Assembly: GCA_963643225.1 (NCBI GenBank)
Contig: CAVIIX010000004.1
Span: forward strand, 37,291-101,290
Direction: 5' to 3'
DNA from: Lachnospiraceae bacterium
GTDB taxonomy: Bacteria; Bacillota; Clostridia; Lachnospirales; Lachnospiraceae
DNA: 64,000 nucleotides
The position numbers and the translations under genes are program-made. The first letter of the stretch is position 1; each line of letters opens with the position of its first letter. Below, piece after piece: positions 59,811 to 64,000 of the stretch. Below the pieces are notes generated by a model. It was not told where the DNA came from and did no database searches. It worked only from the letters and a program-made list of their open reading frames with translations.

Positions 59811-60090
59811 AAGCTCAAGAACACCAACTGCCTTTAGGCGGTGGGTGTTCTTGAACGAGGTACTGGGTTATAAGCCCAGTACCTCGTAAGGCACGCAGTG
59901 CCGCTTTTATATGAGCAAGTAGCGAAGCAGATTGCGAATATCCTTGACATAAGCTCAAGAACACCAACTGCCTTTAGGCGGTGGGTGTTCTTGAACGAGG
60001 TACTGGGTTATAAGCCCAGTACCTCGTAAGGCACGCAGTGCCGCTTTTATATGAGCAAGTAGCGAAGCAGATTGCGAATATCCTTGACAT
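59811..60090 (+). repeat. Family-A element, perfect 140-bp head-to-tail duplication
   Basis: 59811-59950 is identical to 59951-60090. Each unit has three hairpins, GCGAAGC and a terminal TTGACAT. Confidence 0.97.
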
Positions 60091-60180
60091 ACATTTGCGC
60101 CTAAATATATTATAATAACCGAATGTAAGTGCTTTTAGCTTACATTTTGGTGTATGTGTACTTTTTGTATTGGGAGCGTT

Positions 60181-62331
60181 ATGAAAGAATACATAGCACA
60201 TCGCAAAAGCGAAGATGCCTTGAAAAAATGCATTGATGCGATATATGAAGAAAATGATATGGACGCTGCAGTCGATAAGATATTATTGATTGTGGCTAAA
60301 TTTTATGGGGCTGAAAGGTGCTATTATTTTGAATACGATCCTGATTCAGACTATTTTAGAAATGCCTATGACTGGGTTAAAGAAGGTGCAACCCCGGTCA
60401 TTTCAGCTATTGATGGTTTTGCAAAGGATGTAATTAAAAAAATAATTAATTCTTACGGTCCGGAAGGCGAAGTCTGGTTTGGACCAATCGATGAAGACCT
60501 AGACAGAAACAATCCCATATATGAAATTTTTAAAAATAAGGGTGTAGAAAGCTTCTTGGCATCTCCCGTTAAGGTAGGTAAATCGGTTAAGGGCTTTCTG
60601 GGGATGGATAACCCAACAAAAGCTATCGAGGACAGATTTTTACTTCGTGCTTCTTCGATTTTGATTTATTCTGAATTAAAGAGACGTCGTGAAGCTTCTT
60701 TGAAGGAAAAAGAAGCAGGAGAAACAAGACAGCAGCTTGAATTAGGCAGATCCATCATCGATGCCTTGGCAAGCGACTATTTTTCGGCCTTTTACGTAGA
60801 CTTAGACGAAGACACCATTACACCTATCCGAATGGATGCTTACACGGAGGCTAGATTCGGAGAATTTATAAGAAATAAAATTTCATATTCTACGGGATAC
60901 AGAGTTTTTGTTGAAACGGTAGTGCATCATGATGACAAAGAGGAAATGTTTATTGCCGGAAGTATAGATTACGTAAGGGAATCCTTAAGAAATGAATCTG
61001 TTGCAATCAGACGTTTCAGATGCCTTTTAAACGGCCGTGATGAGGTTTTTGAAGCTAAATACGTTAAGCTTGGAAATAAAAACGACCGTCCAAGAGAGCT
61101 TGTTATCGGTATTGCTAATCGAGAAAAGGAAACGAGAGAAGAGCAGAACAGACAGATTGAATTAAAGGAAGCAAATAAAAGGGCGGAAGAAGCAAATCGC
61201 GCAAAGTCCAGATTTTTATTTAATATGTCCCATGATATCCGTACACCCATGAACGCAATTATCGGCTATACCGACATGGCGGTACAGTGCAGGGACGATT
61301 CAGGGAAACGCGATGAATATTTATCGAAGGTAAAGATGGCGAGCCACCAGCTTTTGGGGCTTGTTAATGATGTGCTTGATATGGCACGAATCGAAAACGG
61401 TAAAATTGCAATCGAGGAAGCCCCCAATGACATTGTCACGTGTACCAACAATGTATTTCAGGTGCTTAAGCAAAATTCCGTTGAAAATCAGCTTTCCATG
61501 CACATAGAATACGGAGAAATAAACCATAAAAAAGTATTCTGTGACGATTTAAGACTTAACAGAATTTTTACGAATGTAATAGGAAATTCCATTAAATACA
61601 CAAAGCCAGGTGGAGAGATTCACTTTATCGTGGAAGAATTACCCGGCAAAAGAAAGGGCTATGCCAGATTTAAATTTACCGTAACAGACACGGGTATCGG
61701 CATGAGCACAGATTTTTTAAAGCACATATATGATTCTTTTGCAAGAGAAAGAAATTCTACCGTAAGCGGCATAGAAGGCGCCGGTCTTGGAATGGCGATA
61801 GCAAAAGAGCTCGTAGATATGATGGGCGGAATTATCGACATTAAGAGTGAGCTTGGCGTAGGCACCATCGTATCGATTAGAATTGATTTCAGAATTGCCG
61901 ATGAAATTAAAGAAGAAAGCGGTGAACTTGATAAATTAAACGAAGAGGGTCTTGAATACAAGAGAATTTTACTTGTGGAAGATAACGATATGAACCGGGA
62001 AATTGCAAGGAATTTACTTGAGAGCCGTGGCTTAATTGTGGAGGAAGCAACGGATGGCTCAGTTGCGGTTGAAATGGTTCTTCAAAAGGACCCTGAATAT
62101 TACGACTACGTGCTTATGGATATTCAGATGCCTTATATGGACGGCTACAAGGCTACCTCCACGATTCGAAGCTTTGCAGATTCAAAATATCTGAGTCTTC
62201 CTATCATTGCCATGACAGCAAATGCCTTTGAGGAAGATAAGAAAAAAGCACTTATGGCAGGTATGGATGCACATCTTGCAAAGCCAATAAACGTAAAAGA
62301 GCTTTTTAGAACGTTAAAAAGATTTTCATAA
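60181..62331 (+). CDS. Cytoplasmic hybrid sensor histidine kinase (GAF-like, HisKA, HATPase, receiver)
   Basis: FLFNMSHDIRTPMNAI, NVIGNSIKYT, DTGIGM, GAGLGMAI, receiver ILLVEDN..LMDIQMP..AMTAN..KP. ATG at 60181 follows GGGAG. Confidence 0.93.
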   Translation: MKEYIAHRKSEDALKKCIDAIYEENDMDAAVDKILLIVAKFYGAERCYYFEYDPDSDYFRNAYDWVKEGATPVISAIDGFAKDVIKKIINSYGPEGEVWFGPIDEDLDRNNPIYEIFKNKGVESFLASPVKVGKSVKGFLGMDNPTKAIEDRFLLRASSILIYSELKRRREASLKEKEAGETRQQLELGRSIIDALASDYFSAFYVDLDEDTITPIRMDAYTEARFGEFIRNKISYSTGYRVFVETVVHHDDKEEMFIAGSIDYVRESLRNESVAIRRFRCLLNGRDEVFEAKYVKLGNKNDRPRELVIGIANREKETREEQNRQIELKEANKRAEEANRAKSRFLFNMSHDIRTPMNAIIGYTDMAVQCRDDSGKRDEYLSKVKMASHQLLGLVNDVLDMARIENGKIAIEEAPNDIVTCTNNVFQVLKQNSVENQLSMHIEYGEINHKKVFCDDLRLNRIFTNVIGNSIKYTKPGGEIHFIVEELPGKRKGYARFKFTVTDTGIGMSTDFLKHIYDSFARERNSTVSGIEGAGLGMAIAKELVDMMGGIIDIKSELGVGTIVSIRIDFRIADEIKEESGELDKLNEEGLEYKRILLVEDNDMNREIARNLLESRGLIVEEATDGSVAVEMVLQKDPEYYDYVLMDIQMPYMDGYKATSTIRSFADSKYLSLPIIAMTANAFEEDKKKALMAGMDAHLAKPINVKELFRTLKRFS

Positions 62332-62343
62332 AGGGGTATTTTC

Positions 62344-63627
62344 ATGTTTAAGAAAATCAAGGTTAAAATTGCAGGCATTATTTTAGGTGTATTTTTATTA
62401 ATCTTTATATTTTTTGCAGTTGGAAATGCCATTTGCGTTAAAAATTTACGCACCTACATTGACTCCTTTGAGGTAATTGAATATCCAAAAGACAGGATTG
62501 TTCCGGTTAAAGAAAACGGCTTTTACACCATTACAACCGACAGAGACCTTGAAATTATGCACATAACCGACATTCATATAGGCGGTGGCATATGGAGCTA
62601 CAAAAACGATAAAAAGACGGTTTATGAGCTTATAACGGCTCTTAGGGCAGAAAAACCCGATATCGTAATTTTAGGCGGTGACAATACCTACTGCTTGCCG
62701 GGAATAGGCTTTAACGGAGGCTTTACCACTCAGAATTTAAAGGTACATAGAAACGTAATAGAAATTTTTGAACACCTGGGAGTCTATTTTACAACGGTTT
62801 TTGGTAACCATGATACAGAATCGATTAATGTGGCAGACCGTTCAGAGGTGGGGGCTTTATATGAAAGCGATGAATTTAAATACTGTCTCTTTGAATCCCA
62901 GTTTACGGATTTAGATGCAGAGACTGTTCCAAGCGTCACAAACCAGTTTATCATCGTAAAAAACACTGACGGCACTGTTCGCAAGCTTTTATTGTTAATC
63001 GATTCAAATGCCTACGTTGACACCTCATTAATTACAATGGCTCTTGGAAAATACGATGTAATTCATGATACAGAGGTGTACTGGGCAGCTGATTTAATTA
63101 AAACCTTATCGGGAGAATACGGACTTAACGATAAGGAATATTTAAAAACCTTAGCCTTTATGCACATTCCGATTGGCGAATACCAGACAGCAAGAACGGA
63201 TTTTGAATCTGGTAATCCTGAATATACAATAGGATTAGACGGAATGTGGGATGAAAAGATTTGCTACGGAGGAAGAAACAACGAAGGCGCCCCTGAGGAC
63301 CAGGATTTGTTTTTTGAAGTGTTATGTGAAGAAATGGATTCTGTTGAAGCAATATTCTGCGGTCACGACCATGTTAACAATGCTGTTGTTGAATATAAGG
63401 GAGTAATGCTAGACTACGGATTTTCTTTTGACAATGAAGCCTACGGCAATAAAATCAGATATTCCGGCCTTCAGAGAGGTGCAACGGTCATTACGTTAAA
63501 GGCCGATGGAGGCTTTTTGCAGGTACATAAAAACGTTTACACGGATTACGGCGCTGATGCAGACAAATTTTTTGACGTATATTTAGATAAGCCTTTGTAT
63601 CCGGACCAGATTACAAAATGTAAATAA
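62344..63627 (+). CDS. Membrane-anchored calcineurin-like metallophosphoesterase
   Basis: N-terminal TM helix, TDIH, GGDN, FGNHD, FMHIP, CGHDH. Confidence 0.85.
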   Translation: MFKKIKVKIAGIILGVFLLIFIFFAVGNAICVKNLRTYIDSFEVIEYPKDRIVPVKENGFYTITTDRDLEIMHITDIHIGGGIWSYKNDKKTVYELITALRAEKPDIVILGGDNTYCLPGIGFNGGFTTQNLKVHRNVIEIFEHLGVYFTTVFGNHDTESINVADRSEVGALYESDEFKYCLFESQFTDLDAETVPSVTNQFIIVKNTDGTVRKLLLLIDSNAYVDTSLITMALGKYDVIHDTEVYWAADLIKTLSGEYGLNDKEYLKTLAFMHIPIGEYQTARTDFESGNPEYTIGLDGMWDEKICYGGRNNEGAPEDQDLFFEVLCEEMDSVEAIFCGHDHVNNAVVEYKGVMLDYGFSFDNEAYGNKIRYSGLQRGATVITLKADGGFLQVHKNVYTDYGADADKFFDVYLDKPLYPDQITKCK

Positions 63628-63639
63628 GTAAACAGGATT

Positions 63640-63670
63640 AAAAGGACTCCTCAAAAAGAGTCCTTTTTCT
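63640..63670 (+). terminator. Intrinsic terminator
   Basis: AAAAGGACTC/GAGTCCTTTT followed by a T-rich tail. Confidence 0.75.
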
Positions 63671-63761
63671 TTACATAAAAATCACTTTATGGTATAGTAT
63701 TAAAATATGTATCGCTTTGCTGCTTTAAACGAGCAAAGTAATTTTAAAGGAGAGATTTATT

Positions 63762-64000
63762 ATGAACGAAAGAGAACACTTGGGAAGCCGTCTTGGCTTT
63801 ATCTTATTAAGTGCCGGCTGTGCAATCGGCCTTGGTAATGTCTACAGATTCCCTATGAAGGTGGGACAAAACGGTGGTGGCGCGTTTGTACTTATTTACA
63901 TTGCCTGCCTTATTTTGCTTGGTCTTCCTGTTATGGTAATGGAATTCACTTTGGGAAGAGCGGCACAGAAGAGCCCTGTAGGTATTTATAAGGAATTAAC
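63762..64000 (+). CDS. Sodium-dependent transporter (NSS/SNF family), N-terminal part
   Basis: Manual translation MNEREHLGSRLGFILLSAGCAIGLGNVYRFP...NGGGAF...MEFTLGR. RBS AAAGGAG. Runs off the window. Confidence 0.9.
   Translation, partial: MNEREHLGSRLGFILLSAGCAIGLGNVYRFPMKVGQNGGGAFVLIYIACLILLGLPVMVMEFTLGRAAQKSPVGIYKEL

Noticed and set aside
59811..59950. Intact HEARO/omega-RNA or TnpB/IscB locus
   Set aside because: Only the terminal-type hairpin resembles IS200/IS605 ends. There is no adjacent nuclease or transposase ORF and I cannot recognise the rest of the scaffold.
59974..60201. 75-aa minus-strand ORF across the tandem repeat
   Set aside because: It is a translation of the non-coding repeat and promoter, with no recognisable protein features.

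Overview
A 64-kb chromosomal window from a low-GC Gram-positive anaerobe; the gene content suggests Lachnospiraceae (inference). From 0.2 to 28.1 kb is an apparently complete beta-mannan utilisation locus: CE2- and CE17-type esterases, GH2, GH36, a GH26 lipoprotein, GH130, a GH1-phosphomannose isomerase fusion and a LacI regulator. It is built around an unusual 10-gene uptake module: a 992-aa solute-binding protein, two permease pairs, an NHL/TPR membrane protein, a Yip1 protein, a DUF5696-like protein, a lipoprotein with three CBM-like repeats and a second solute-binding protein, with no ATPase. The rest holds ppdK, an iron-chelate-type ABC cassette, two MATE pumps, an FtsX-type ABC system, proS, cls, a GDP-heptose pathway, a triple-Cache chemoreceptor, deoB, an atypical E2-like acyltransferase/acyl-CoA ligase pair, a C39-like protein, GH27, a hybrid kinase and a phosphoesterase. 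Intergenic regions carry a dispersed, modular, hairpin-rich ~140-bp repeat family resembling IS200/IS605 ends or REP elements. One copy appears split around the iron-ABC cassette and another is perfectly duplicated in tandem. A GTTAG-N6-CTAAC palindrome sits at the same position in two promoters. I saw no rRNA, tRNA, CRISPR array or transposase. All family calls come from motif recognition by eye, not database searches.
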